From contig RHPI01002204.1 in the NCBI GenBank assembly GCA_009103225.1, forward strand, positions 62,001-126,000: a stretch of 64,000 nt of DNA. Reading direction: 5' to 3'. The notes beneath the pieces are model-generated. The model saw only the letters and a list, made by a program, of their open reading frames with translations, had not been told where the DNA came from and did no database searches. A program made the translations under genes and the position numbers. Positions 26,979-38,950 of this stretch are shown piece after piece (positions within the stretch are counted from its first letter, which is position 1; every line of letters begins with the position of its first letter). This DNA comes from Chlorokybus atmophyticus (taxonomy: Eukaryota; Plantae; Mesostigma and Chlorokybus algae).

Positions 26979-27685
26979 CTATGCAGCATGCAAGAAGCGC
27001 TGCTGTAACCCTGCATATCACCCCCATGAGTCAGTACCACTCGCACTCATAGCCAGTCCCAGTCACGTAATAACATAACACATCGGCATCAACACAAAGA
27101 CAGCAGAGGCTCATGCCATAATGAAGGATGCAAAGAAACAACGGCTTCGACATACTGAACCATTTCAACCAACGTGCAGGCGGAACTTGTACTATACTCC
27201 TCAGGTCCTCGCCCAAGCAGAATAGGACGCAGCCGGTTTTGTACATTGTGACCCTATGCCCTTGTTGGCGAGGGTTGGGCGTAGCCAGTCATGTACATTA
27301 TAACCCATTCCCTTAGTAGTTGCGTATTGTGACATGTTGTACATGTATATGTAACCTGCAATAGCATGTCCAGCAAGTGTCAATTTGAAAGCTCATTGCA
27401 TTGGATCATCTAGCCGGCCATCGTTGTGGCAGGCCACGTATAGTTCCTCAGTTCGCAATACCTCGGGCACTATATTGTTGCGCTACCCAAAAGCTACAAC
27501 TATATGGTATTAGCGGCGCAAGAGAACGTCTTCTGCCAAGGGGTCAAGGGCCTCCAGGAACGTAGTGCTGACCTCTTCAACTGCGTTTTTGAACGAGGAG
27601 ACAAGGTGGTGTAGAAAGCCGCCGTTGCCTCGAACATAGCTGTGGGCTCCATCCGGGGGCGATGGTGGGGGGAATTGAACTATTG

Positions 27686-27718
27686 GATGAAGTGCATGTG
27701 GTTCACATGCACTTCATC
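27686..27718. repeat. Perfect 15-bp hairpin
   Basis: gatgaagtgcatgtg-gtt-cacatgcacttcatc, 16 bp left of an assembly gap. Confidence 0.9.
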
Positions 27719-27734
27719 TCAGACGTCCCGTCCC

Positions 27735-27906
27735 NNNNNNNNNNNNNNNNNNNNNNNNNNNNNNNNNNNNNNNNNNNNNNNNNNNNNNNNNNNNNNNNNN
27801 NNNNNNNNNNNNNNNNNNNNNNNNNNNNNNNNNNNNNNNNNNNNNNNNNNNNNNNNNNNNNNNNNNNNNNNNNNNNNNNNNNNNNNNNNNNNNNNNNNNN
27901 NNNNNN
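27735..27906. other. Assembly gap (N run)
   Basis: Run of n. Confidence 1.
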
Positions 27907-29444
27907 TGGTGGCCGCACGCAATTTCCCCCCCCCGGTTGGAAGTGATCAATGACCAGTTCTGAAGCTGTGGCGCAGTCATGCGCTCACCCTGACGTTTCC
28001 AGCAGTTGATCGTCTCCATTGCCAGCGGGCGTTACCTTCGTGGCTTGGCTTGGTGCCGTACTGGCTTTGCATCCTCATGCACATGCGATCTGGCAGCATG
28101 ATCCAAAAGCAGCACACGTGTCTACAATTACCGCGGCGCATATCCTGTACGCAAGAGTGCCCTGAAAGAGAAGAGGGGGGACCGTTTGGGATGCATGCGC
28201 CAACACAATCACTACCAGTGCTGTGAGGATCTGCACCACGTCAGACATGCAGTTGAATGTCGCGCATAGGTACGCAAGCGACAACATTATGAAGGCTATC
28301 GTTAGGTGATGCGCAGCCACCACTTAGGCATAGAGCAGAGAGTTGCCACCTGCCTCTGCTGCGCGGACAAAGGTTCCATGCCCTGCACTGCCTCGCTCTT
28401 GCTGGGCGTCCTCTTACTCCTGCTGTGCTGCTGTTGCTGCATTGGCAAGTCATCATCCTGTGACTACTGTTGCTGTCAACTGCCTAGTGGTGGCGTTTGC
28501 CCAGATGCTCCGCATGGGCTGTGCTCGCAAGCACGCTCAGGCTGCACAGTCCATTGCGGCTTTGCGTGGATGTGGTTTTGATAGCTTGCTGGAGCTGTAG
28601 CCAAGTTGTTGATCATCTAAGTGCTGATTTTGCGCCACCCTATATATAGACTTTGTAAGGGTTGTGTTTTTACATGGTTGAAAGTCATGTTGGCTGAGGG
28701 CGGCATTACAGATTGGTTGCAGAACCACTGTTGATGTTGACACGCACTTCTTCCCAACATTTGATTACATTGTATTGCAACACGGGCGCACGCTAATGCA
28801 CAGAGCGACAGATTTCTACGCCAGTTTGTAAGCGTGGATCACAAGCATATACACGCGTGAGGTTAGTGATGGAACTGTAAGTCGCATGTGTTTGTAGATC
28901 AACCTGCAAGGTGCTAGTGTGTGCGTCACCCTGTCTGTGCATTAGCGTACCATGTTCACCAGTCGAAGAGTGTGTTACTAGAATGCTATCCTCAGATGCA
29001 CTTGCCACACACCAATCAAGTGCAGTCTTCAATGATGCGGCCAACAGCAAAACGATTATCCAGTTTGCATGCAGCACGCAACTTGTTCCTTTAGCGCAGG
29101 GTATGCTAACGGAGCCAATGCACCCAGAAAGAAGGAGATCGCACTGCTAGCTGACCTGAAGTGTAGTTGCGTATGCAAGTTGATCAACTTGCAGCTGCTG
29201 CACCAGTATTCCCCATGGCACATGTGTTCCTCACTGCAGCGAGGCCCCCTTCGACATCATTGTTTAGCAATCGCAAACAGGCAGCAGCCAAGTGTGCTCC
29301 ACCGATGCTGCTGCCTGTTTGTCTGCTACATCACTGCGCCTGTCTGTCCTCGCACCCCAAGTTGGGGTCCCCCAACCCATCCCGCTGACATTGATTGTGA
29401 TCTCCCAAAACTGGTTGCAGTGATAGCGCAAGCCAAACCTTCTT

Positions 29445-30896
29445 CTATCTGCGAACCTGCTTGAGGGTGTTGCTGAGCCAGTCGAGGCCCTCAAACAGGC
29501 CCTCCCCTTTGAGGGCGGACGCCTTGAATATGGCCCATTGCCGCGTCTTTATTGTGTGCAGCGCCAAAGCCTCAGCCACCTGCGCGTCACTCAGCGCCCC
29601 TGGCAGGTCCTGCTTATTCGCGTACACCAAGATTGCCGCGTCCTTCAGCTCCTCTTCCTCCTGTTGCCACCGTGACAATTAACAACATCAGCATCAACAC
29701 TGCATCCCGCCACCGGCCATTTGTGCTAGCTGCCAGCGAAGAACATTCCTGCTGGTTACAGACGTTTATCAAGCAAACTTGTTAACCAGTACTGAGCATG
29801 CAGACGGGGACAGCCAATTGCACTGCAATGTCTGCTGTGAGGGCCGTAATAACAAGGGTTGTAACAGACTTTTATACCATGAATGCGATCAAGGCCTCAA
29901 ACCACCAAAGCATCAACGCTAAGAAAATACTATGCGATAGTATGCTTTCAATTAGCTTCATAGGCAGGGTCATGGTCATCTGGCATGGCCTTGTGGGGAC
30001 ATGTCAGCCATACCAAGCACTGTCAGTACTGCTGCATGTTTGTGACTGTGTAAACCGCTTACGCATTCGCCTAGTGACATGACAACAATACATATGTAAC
30101 TGATTGCGGCTAAAGCATGCATATGCGCATGACAATCTCTCGGCATGTCACTATGATCGTTACATAATGGCAGTGCCGTGTACAGGACCAAATGGCATGT
30201 TTGAACTAATAGCACTTACGAGAATGGCGTGAAACTCCTGGTTGGATACAGGAAGGCGTTCTGTGTCAGTGGAGTCAACAACGTAGATGATGGCCTGAGT
30301 GTTGGGGTAGTAGCAGCGCCAGTACGGCCGGATGCTCGTCTGCCCACCCAAGTCCCACACCTGAAATTTGATGTTCTTGTAGCTCACTGTCTCCACATTG
30401 AATCCTATCGTCGGTATTGTCGATATCACCTCCCCAACCTGCGCAGTTCGGGAGAATCGTGTGAGTTCTACACAACACAACACCGACACGACACCACCAC
30501 CACCAACAGCAATCAACATGATTGTGTGATGCTTGCGCCTGTGTCAATGTGAGCATTGCAATCAACGTCACACTACTGACTCATGTCTTACGTAACAAGG
30601 CGTCAAGGCGTCATCAAAATCGCAAATAAACCCTAATGCCTTGCAGGCAAGAACGGATGCTTGACAAGCATGGACCGTAGTTGCAAGACTTGTCTGCTGC
30701 GGCTGCTAAGATTGCACAAGCAATGCGCCATGATTCCAAAGAATGATACTCGTCATTCCTTTCCTTTAAGTCCTATGTTTACCTGCAGTCGGTAGAGTAT
30801 GGTAGTTTTGCCGGCGTTGTCCAAGCCCAGCACCAGTATGCGCGCCTCCTGGTCGCCGAACAGAGAAGCGAACAGCCTCGAGAACAGTATGCCCAT
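29445..30896 (-). CDS. ARL1: ADP-ribosylation factor-like GTPase ARL1
   Basis: Exons 30896-30783, about 30438-30220, and about 29660-29445: [94 protein letters not shown]. Confidence 0.95.
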
Positions 30897-32149
30897 CGTC
30901 TGAGAGGCCAGGGGAGAAGTCTCACACGCCCCTATCGCCGCCTACGACACCGACACCCCTGCCAACGCCGCCGCCCTTGCCGCCGCCGTTGCGGTGCTGC
31001 GTAGGGGCGACGCGCGTGGCATTTGCCAGGTGGCAGGTACAGGCTGCTGCTTCGCCCTAATGCGGACTGAGCAATGTGCATCCTTACACCGTATAAGCAT
31101 GTTGTTACGGTAGTTGCATGTCGACTGCATCTTAATTCATATTGATACTCCGTGGGATCCAAAACTTGTGCTCTTGGCGTTAAGTTGTGGTCATGCTGGC
31201 CCTCATCATCGCATTTCCTTTTTTGATTTCGCCCTTGCCATGGCGTGTTGACGTCTAACATAGAGTGTTTAACCGTACTTTAACATATAACATTATGAGT
31301 CTATGTGGCAAATGCAATGTATTAAACGGACATCGTTTTTTATAATATATGGTATTGAGTTACGTCGTACAATAACATCATACAATTACATCATAATTCA
31401 AGTATTATTGCATAGTGGCTTGTGCCGGGTCATAACAAGCGGCTATCATTTCGAGACAAGCGCAGCAGTACACATACGATGCCTCTGCAAAGTCAATTGT
31501 TGCGTTTTTATTACATACATTCATATCGTATATTGTCTGCTATAAATTATATTTTACGACTGAGTAGCTATAACTTTATGAAATAACAGTTGCTGATTGA
31601 TAATTACTACCATGAATACCAGTCTTCTACAATCGGCATTGCGATGATGTTAACTATGAGACGACCTAAGGTGTCAAGTATAATTATGATAGTGCTTTGA
31701 TAATTGAGCTGAGTGTGAGCTTATGCGAATATCAAAAAGACAATGCTTGTTACCATAGATGTATAAGCCAACGTTGCAATTCTATGATAGCATCACTGTG
31801 TGGGCCTGCAGCATCAACCATTGTGTTTATGGTGTACAAGTGTAAGTGTATGCTTATGCGCAATTGAGACTAGCTTTATGTGCAATGCATATCATGCTCT
31901 TGTGCACATGTGAAACGCATACACTGCAACGGCACTGCGACAGGGAGTGCGGCTGTGCATATGCATGCTGCGCGCCGATGGGCGCAAACCCTAACCACGC
32001 AGTCGCGTTGAGCAGGGACGACGCTGTCGTGGGTGGCGGCGGTGATGTGGGCGGAGGAGGGGAAGTCCGTTGAGTCAGCTGACGCTGCTGCTGCTGCCTG
32101 CTGGATGATGGAGCCGCTAACCAACGGCCGTGGTGCAGGTGATGCGCGT

Positions 32150-32320
32150 GCATGCATGCTTGTCTAACGCGGTTTGGGCTAGTAGTGAAGTTAGGTAGGT
32201 AGTAAGTAGGAAGAGCACCCGGTGGTGAATGTAAGTGTTGTGTGCTGTTGTGTGTGGTGTGCAATGCATGCCTCACATTGTGATACATGCCACAATCTCT
32301 GCATCCTATATATTGTACAC
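32150..32320 (+). repeat. Copy of dispersed intergenic repeat family
   Basis: gcatgcatgcttgtctaacg (32162), cacccggtggt (32218), cctatatattgtacac (32307). Confidence 0.4.
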
Positions 32321-33186
32321 TGTTAACACTCACAACGACATAGCACACCATAGGCTTTAACGTTGTGGCAGCAAAGCAAAGCAAAGTAAAGCCGATAAAC
32401 AATGGAACGGGGCTGGCCCTCAAGTCATGCAAAGATCGTTGCGCTTGTAAGCAGCAATAGCAAGGATAGAAACGCAACCGCGACCACAACCACCACCACA
32501 ACAACCACAACAACAACAACCCTCCTACCCACCCTACCCTCACACTAGCTTACAACCTGCATGCATTATATCAACTGCAACACCCTGTGTCCACACCCTT
32601 ACTTACTAGGGTATAAGTCGCATTTCAACCATGTGGCCACATGCTATGTTAAAAAGGCAAAGCATACACCATAGGCAAGGCAAGGCAGGCAAAGCAAGCA
32701 GAGACGTGTTCACAATCACACCCGGGACCACCACCGCACACTACACTAAGCGCTCACATATGCTGTGCAATGCAACGATGGGTGAGCAGGTACCAACCTG
32801 AGCACACAGGTTGTGACGTGGCGATTGCGCCGCTCTTCAACCTAAACTAGTCTTCAATATAAGCGTTCACTACTACAACGCCTGGTATATCCACTCAACC
32901 ATGGCGTGCAACTCAACATAGGCAGCACCGCGCTCAGTCCGCTAATATCACACAAACATAGTGATGGCTCTTGCGCGATGTGTTACATTTCAGTGGACAC
33001 ACTAGCTTGTGCACATGCATGTGCACGCTGTCACAGCGTCCCAGTAATGAGGGCTTCCCTTTACCTACTTAAACACGTGATGTGTTGACAGACATCACAT
33101 TGCACCCAACCTGTACTCACCACAGCGCAGCAGCGCTCGCAACTATACCCAGCAACAACACTAGCAGATGCTATATACACAAACAA

Positions 33187-34108
33187 TCACATATGGCGGA
33201 AGTCTGCAAATGTGGGCCGATGGTGTTTTGGGAATCGCTTCGCCACCGGCCCCTCATCCATGCTCGCATCAACCGCTGACTCCACCAACCTGCATGTGCA
33301 CGTGCGTATGAGCGAGCGTGCATGCATGTACACACGCATGCATGCACATGCACCAACCTGCATGTGCATTGAGTGTGACAGTTGGGCTGCTCTGACAGTA
33401 GTACATAACAGTGATTTAAACTGGTACTTACTTGTAAATGACAAGGACAAAGAAGAGCATATGAAAGCCCAGCTTGACCAGCCTTTCTCGCTTCTCCCTT
33501 GGCAATTGCCGGAAGATATCCGTCACGTACACGTAATGTGTCTTCCGCAAGTACCTGCGCAAAGCAAGCAACAAGAGTTCACCATGTTGGTACACTAACA
33601 ACACTCGTGATACTTGTAACAAGAGAGAGTAGGCCTGCATGCTGAGGCTCGCACACATGCACGCGTGTGTGCACACAGTATTGCATACACTCGCGCACGC
33701 ACACACGTTAACATGCATGCACACACGAAGCTGTTGTCCCTACTTTCTGGCGTGGTATGCGAGCAGCGGTGCGTTGATGAGGAAGGCTATCCATCGTCCC
33801 GTGGCGAGGAAGGCGAGCGTGGCGGCGGCGTGCAGGGCGTACTCGGGGATGACGAGCCAGTTCAGACGCTCGGCAGCATCATGTGGGTTGATGAAGTCGT
33901 TCTCCAGATCCGCAACGCCAATCAACTGTAGGTGTAATTGGTGTTGGTGTCGTTGAACTCGCTACTGGATGTACCGCAAACAATATGATAACACCCAACA
34001 ACACATGCACATGCATTGCTATCGACCAACCGTGTACATGGTTATGCCCAGCTCGCCGGCTGTGGCGCAGAAGGCCAGAAGCCACAGCACCAGGCCCACG
34101 TGCACCAT
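33187..34108 (-). CDS. CNIH: Cornichon-family ER cargo receptor
   Basis: Exons MVHVGLVLWLLAFCATAGELGITMYT|LIGVADLENDFINPHDAAERLNWLVIPEY..GRWIAFLINAPLLAYHARK|YLRKTHYVYVTDIFRQLPREKRERLVKLGFHMLFFVLVIY|RLVESAV..RHM*. Confidence 0.9.
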
Positions 34109-34533
34109 CCTTCTCCTCCTATCCTTCCCCTCCTATCCTTCTTCTGCGACTCCGGCACACCATCCAGGCAAGGGACTACACCTTGGAGTAGCCCGCCAGC
34201 GCCCGTACCCCCTCACCGACGACAACAACAGCCACACTGCCGCCGCTTGCCTAGAAAATTTGCTGCCACATCCACGCTGCGGACATTGTCACAATTTCAA
34301 GGATTCCCGTGGTGGCCGCACGCAATTTGCCTCGAAACCCGTCAACTTTTCGGCACATCATCCACCAGGTTGTTTCCAGAGGATCAGTCAAAACCCACAA
34401 AACGTTTCCGCGGTTTCTACCGACATGGGCGCTGTTAGCGTTGTTAGTGGTGTCGTTGGCGTCGGCGGCGGTGTCGGCGGCGAGGGGCACAGCATTATCA
34501 CCCTTGCGACTGATAGGCAGGCAGTTCACAGCC

Positions 34534-35722
34534 ATGGGTGAGGGCACCGAGTTCGGTTTCTTCGTTGCCCGCGTCGCCGTGGTCCTCCTCTCCCTCCTCC
34601 TCTTCTTCCTCCTCCTCGCCGCTCTGGTCTCTCAGGCCGCCTCCGACCAACTCTCTCACCGTCAGGGCCGCATCGAGGCCAAACACCTCAACGCGCACTT
34701 CGACGACATGGCGGTGGAGCTGTGCAGAGCCATGAGATTGAAGAGCATGGAGGAACAGATCAAGAAGAGGAGGAAAGAGGAGGCGCGGAGGAAAGGAAGG
34801 AAGAAAAGGGCGGTGTTCGTACTCAGGTGTGATGAGTGTACACATTCAGTTGTAATTCACTTGAAGATGTTGTGTTGTTCGTAAGGTGGTTGAGGAGGTG
34901 AGTTGTGTGGTTCTACTTTCGCATGCACACAAGCAAGCACATTTGCACTTTGCACGCACGAGTGCACTCCAATGGCGTGAACAGTACATATGATGTACTC
35001 TATTGTTTTGTTGACAAGGGAGGAGTTTCTTGGGTCAAAACAACTGCGCAGGGGTATCGCGTGTTTTCATTGGTCCATTCTTGTTTAACTTGTGCTAAGA
35101 ATGAACCCAACGCGTGGGTTGTGGCCTTGTTTGGACTCAAGTGTGCAGGTCTTACTGTTGTTTGTGATCTGCGGCAATCAGGTTTGAAGGGGACATTCTT
35201 GCAGCGCAGACGGCGTCACTGCGAGAGGAGATAACTGCCGTGTTGTTGATCGCCACGCCTGAAGATGAGGTGAGGCAGTGACAAGCCTGGTACAGGGAAG
35301 AAAGTACAACATGCGCGCACGTGCACACGCACACATGCATGCACATCCCTACACATCCACATGCGTGCAAGTGACCGCATGCACAGGTGCGCGCACGAAC
35401 TCGTGTGCTCGTGCACACACGAGCGTACATGCGCGCACACATACACAGGCACATGCACTCATGCGCGCAGGACACATGCGGAAGCCGCGCTCATGCGCCT
35501 GCATACACGCTCACGCGCGCGTGTGCTTGTGCGCACACATACACATACACATACACATACACCTCTATTGCAGGTGGTTGTCCTCGTCGAGAGCTGCGGC
35601 GGCCTCGTCCACTCCTATGGCCTCGCCGCCGCGCAACTGGCTCGAGTAAAAGACAAGAACATCAGGCTGACCGTCATCGTGGACAAGGTGCAACATCTAT
35701 GTGGTTTCTTTTGAGTGCATTG

Positions 35723-35754
<32 letters not shown>

Positions 35755-36689
35755 CACTGTACCCGTTGCAAAACCCGACTGCTAATCGCCATCAGGTTGC
35801 AGCCAGCGGGGGTTACATGATGGCATGCGTGGCGGACCAGATTGTGGCGGCGCCATTTGCAGTTGTGGGCTCTATTGGCGTCATCGCGCAAGTAAGTGTG
35901 TGTGCGTAAACAATGTAGCACTATGTGCAGCAGTACTTATCTCTTATTGTTGTTCGGCAGGTTCCCAATGTGAACAGGTTGCTTGACAAATACAACATCG
36001 ACATCGAGTTGCACACGGCGGGCGAGTACAAGAGGACGCTCACGATGCTGGGGAAGAACAGCGAACAGGGCCGAGCCAAGTTCATCGAAGCGCTCGAAGA
36101 CGTCTATTCGCTCTTCAAAGACTTTGTGCACAAGTACAGACCAATGGTATGCGCCGTGCGCGCGTGTGTACGTGTTGACTTGCGTGCGAAAGTGTGCGCG
36201 TGCGTGGGCTTGCGCGTATGAGCGCACGCATGCAACATGTTGTTGCTTTAGCGTGCGTGCTAGCATCCACAGGCGCATGTGTGCAAGAAAGAGTGCGTGT
36301 TTGTGCGCACATGCGTGCGCGTGTCTGCAAAAATGAGCTCGTGCGTGTCTCACGTGTGCACACACGCATGCGTGTCCTCCAGCGCGTGTACGTGTCGTTG
36401 TATACAAACCAGAATTCTACCCTTTTGGCAGTTGGACGTGTCGAAGGTTGCCACGGGCGAGAGTTGGTACGGCGTGCGCGCGGTGGACCTCCACCTCGTC
36501 GACAAGCTCCTCACGAGCGACGAGTATCTCCTCGCGGCGGCCGCCACCGCCAACCTCTACGAGGTGCGTTGGGTGCGACGACATGGACTCGCGGAACGAC
36601 TCACGGGACCACTCACAAGTGTTGTGTCGAGGATAATGACGGACGTCATGCAAATGGGACTGAGGCAAGCCGCTGCTGTTATGAGCTGA
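34534..36689 (+). CDS. sohB: SohB-type S49 serine peptidase (N-terminal TM anchor)
   Basis: Six exons: TM segment; FEGDILAAQTASLREEITAVL; ESCGGLVHSYGLAAAQLARV; DKVAASGGYMMACVADQIVAAPFAVVGSIGVIAQ; IDIELHTAGEYKRTLTMLGKN; VATGESWYG. The Ser (AASGG) and Lys (EYKR) dyad is present. Confidence 0.92.
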
Positions 36690-36861
36690 TGACGTGTGAT
36701 ATTATTGTTGTTGGCTGTAGTTAGTGTCACTGTACATTGCTGTGCAGAACATTGCTGTGAGTGTAGGAGAGACTGTATGCCACGCGTAGAGAGGGAAACA
36801 ACAACTTGGCTTCAGGGTGCATTGCAATGAATGAATAAAACTCTCAATTGAGGGAGTCAAT

Positions 36862-37906
36862 CTAAGCAGATGCATAGAAGAATGTTCCACCAATGGCTTG
36901 CCCCAAGTCGTGCTTTGAGGCAAACGCGCGCACGTCATCCCCGCCTCGCGAGGCGGGGATATCCACGCTCTGTACCACCGCTTGCTGTCTATATAGTAGA
37001 AATACATACCGATGCCGCCCTGCATCAGAGAAACATGTGTAAATCAGACCTCTTTGTAAGAGCCTCAGTAATCACATGTGATCAAAAACTAAACTCACCT
37101 TCCCGAGGTGCACAGCCGTAGTATTTCACAAACTCCCTCCCTTTCGTGACATTTCTGTCTCGGTCGGGTATGTTGGCCACAAGCCAATGCAGCCACTGTT
37201 TGCTTGTCTCGAGTGTGTCTCCATTTCCCTCCTTCGTGGGCTTTGTGTCGGCATCCGCATCCACCATCATCAAACAATAGTGGCAGTAGTTGTCGTTGTC
37301 ATCAACGGGGTAGGCATCCGCGTCCTCGCCCTCGTCGTTGATATCAAGCGTCACAACCGGAGCCTTCTGCGTCTGCATGAGCGTAGGAACAACAATATTA
37401 TGCATACGCAACTGAACTGCACCAGCCTCTGTGCGTGCATGCATGCAAGGTTGGTTAGTGCATGCATGTGCACGCTCATGTGCATGTAAGCGTCCATGCG
37501 CGTGCGGATACAGATGCGCGTGCGCGCGTTTGTTTCTGTGGTGTCATAGCAATGTATACCAACATATGTGCTCGTGCGAATTTGCACACAACTACAAACT
37601 TCACATACCCATTCAAGTTCCAGCTCTATGCCCGAGTTGCGGTCCGTGACAGCGTGTGCTGCACCTTCATAACCAACTCGCAGCCGCGCAGTCATGAAAC
37701 CGCTCTCCCCGCCCCCGAGCTCATTGTCATCGATAATATCTGGGATCACCCTAGCTCTCTGCACACTCATACACCATGAGGTGGTGGTCACATGGTGTTG
37801 TGGGTTAACTGGTTGTACGTGTGCCACCCCAACCCACCTTGAAGCGTGCTATGTTGGAAGACGTCCCGAAGCTGATCAGATACAGCACGGCCGCAATAGC
37901 CGCCAG
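36862..37906 (-). CDS. PEBP/RKIP-family protein with hydrophobic N-terminal segment (5' exons may extend to about 38630)
   Basis: Exons LAAIAAVLYLISFGTSSNIARFK|RARVIPDII..|YCLMMVDADADTKP..WLHWLVANIP..GREFVKYYGCAPRE|GRHRYVFLLYRQ..FASKHDLGQAIGGTFFYASA*. Confidence 0.85.
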
Positions 37907-38878
37907 CTGCACGGACACACACCACAGCAACATGGAAACGAACACAAAGACATACACACGCGCGCACGCGCAGGCAACTGCACGCGAGCGAGCACACATA
38001 TGCACAAGGAGCTGCGAGCAATTGCTAGCACATGCAACACATCTGGACCTCAAGAAAGAGACTGCAGGCCTGTGCATGACAGTCATGCGATACATCGGAA
38101 CAAGAACCTGCATATGCGACAGATGCAAGCTTACCTGAAATGCAGCTATGTAAAGGTAGATCCTGCACTCTCGCTTGTTCCAAGCCTGTGGCCACCAGTT
38201 CAGTTAACACAGCGCATCGCAAAGGTATCACAACACGCATACTCAACACGCATAATGCGGTGTTGATATTTGCATGCAAGCCTCGCAGCTTGTTCGCTAA
38301 CAACACTGATTTTCCAATTCGAGGCAAATGCACACCTGCTGAGGTGCCCAAACCGTGCCAGGCAGGCTGGAGTAGTCCCTGCGTTTTGGAAGGAAATTTG
38401 TGTATGAACTTGGTGACCATGAGCAGGTAGGGATTCAAGTGTTTACTACATTCACCTATTGCCTGGGCGCACACATAGAGATGAAACATACCTGGCAGCT
38501 GGCCTGCTCAATATGGGTCGCCGCCCCAACATCTCTCCCCTCCTATGCTAACAATTGCATGAATGTGAGCTATAGATATAACCGTTAGGCCTATACCACG
38601 CTCCTACCTGCTGCGCCACAGTGCATGACAATACGCCTAGCAGCAGTTATCAGTTTTGCATTATTGGCTCCGCCGCCTGCTCGCCGCCTCTGGTCTTAAG
38701 GATGTGCTAGCTTACTGGCAGCAGGGACGCCAGTTTGACCTCTGCTGCGCCTGCCACTGAAGGTGACTGGTATGTGTAAGAGCGTGGTGCCAGTAGTGGC
38801 GAGGTCCGAAACTGGCGAGAGGTTGAGCAAACTGGCATAGGGTATATACTACTTAAACTCCACTCTAAGCAGGTCGTG

Positions 38879-38950
38879 TCCCACGTCGTCTAGTGGTTAG
38901 GATAACGCGCTTTCACCGCGTCGACCCGGGTTCAAGTCCCGGCGTGGGAG
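38879..38950 (+). tRNA. trnE-UUC: tRNA-Glu(TTC)
   Basis: Acceptor stem TCCCACG/CGTGGGA; D-arm GTCTAGTGGTTAGGAT; anticodon arm ACGCG-CTTTCAC-CGCGT; T-arm CCGGG-TTCAAGT-CCCGG. TATA-like TATATACT about 35 bp upstream. Confidence 0.96.

Noticed and set aside
28050-29430. Possible gene between the gap and ARL1
   Set aside because: Protein-like fragments occur on both strands, but I could not build a consistent model or identify a domain; unresolved rather than excluded.
31986-31994. Telo-box AAACCCTAA
   Set aside because: A single 9-mer not clearly tied to a supported promoter.
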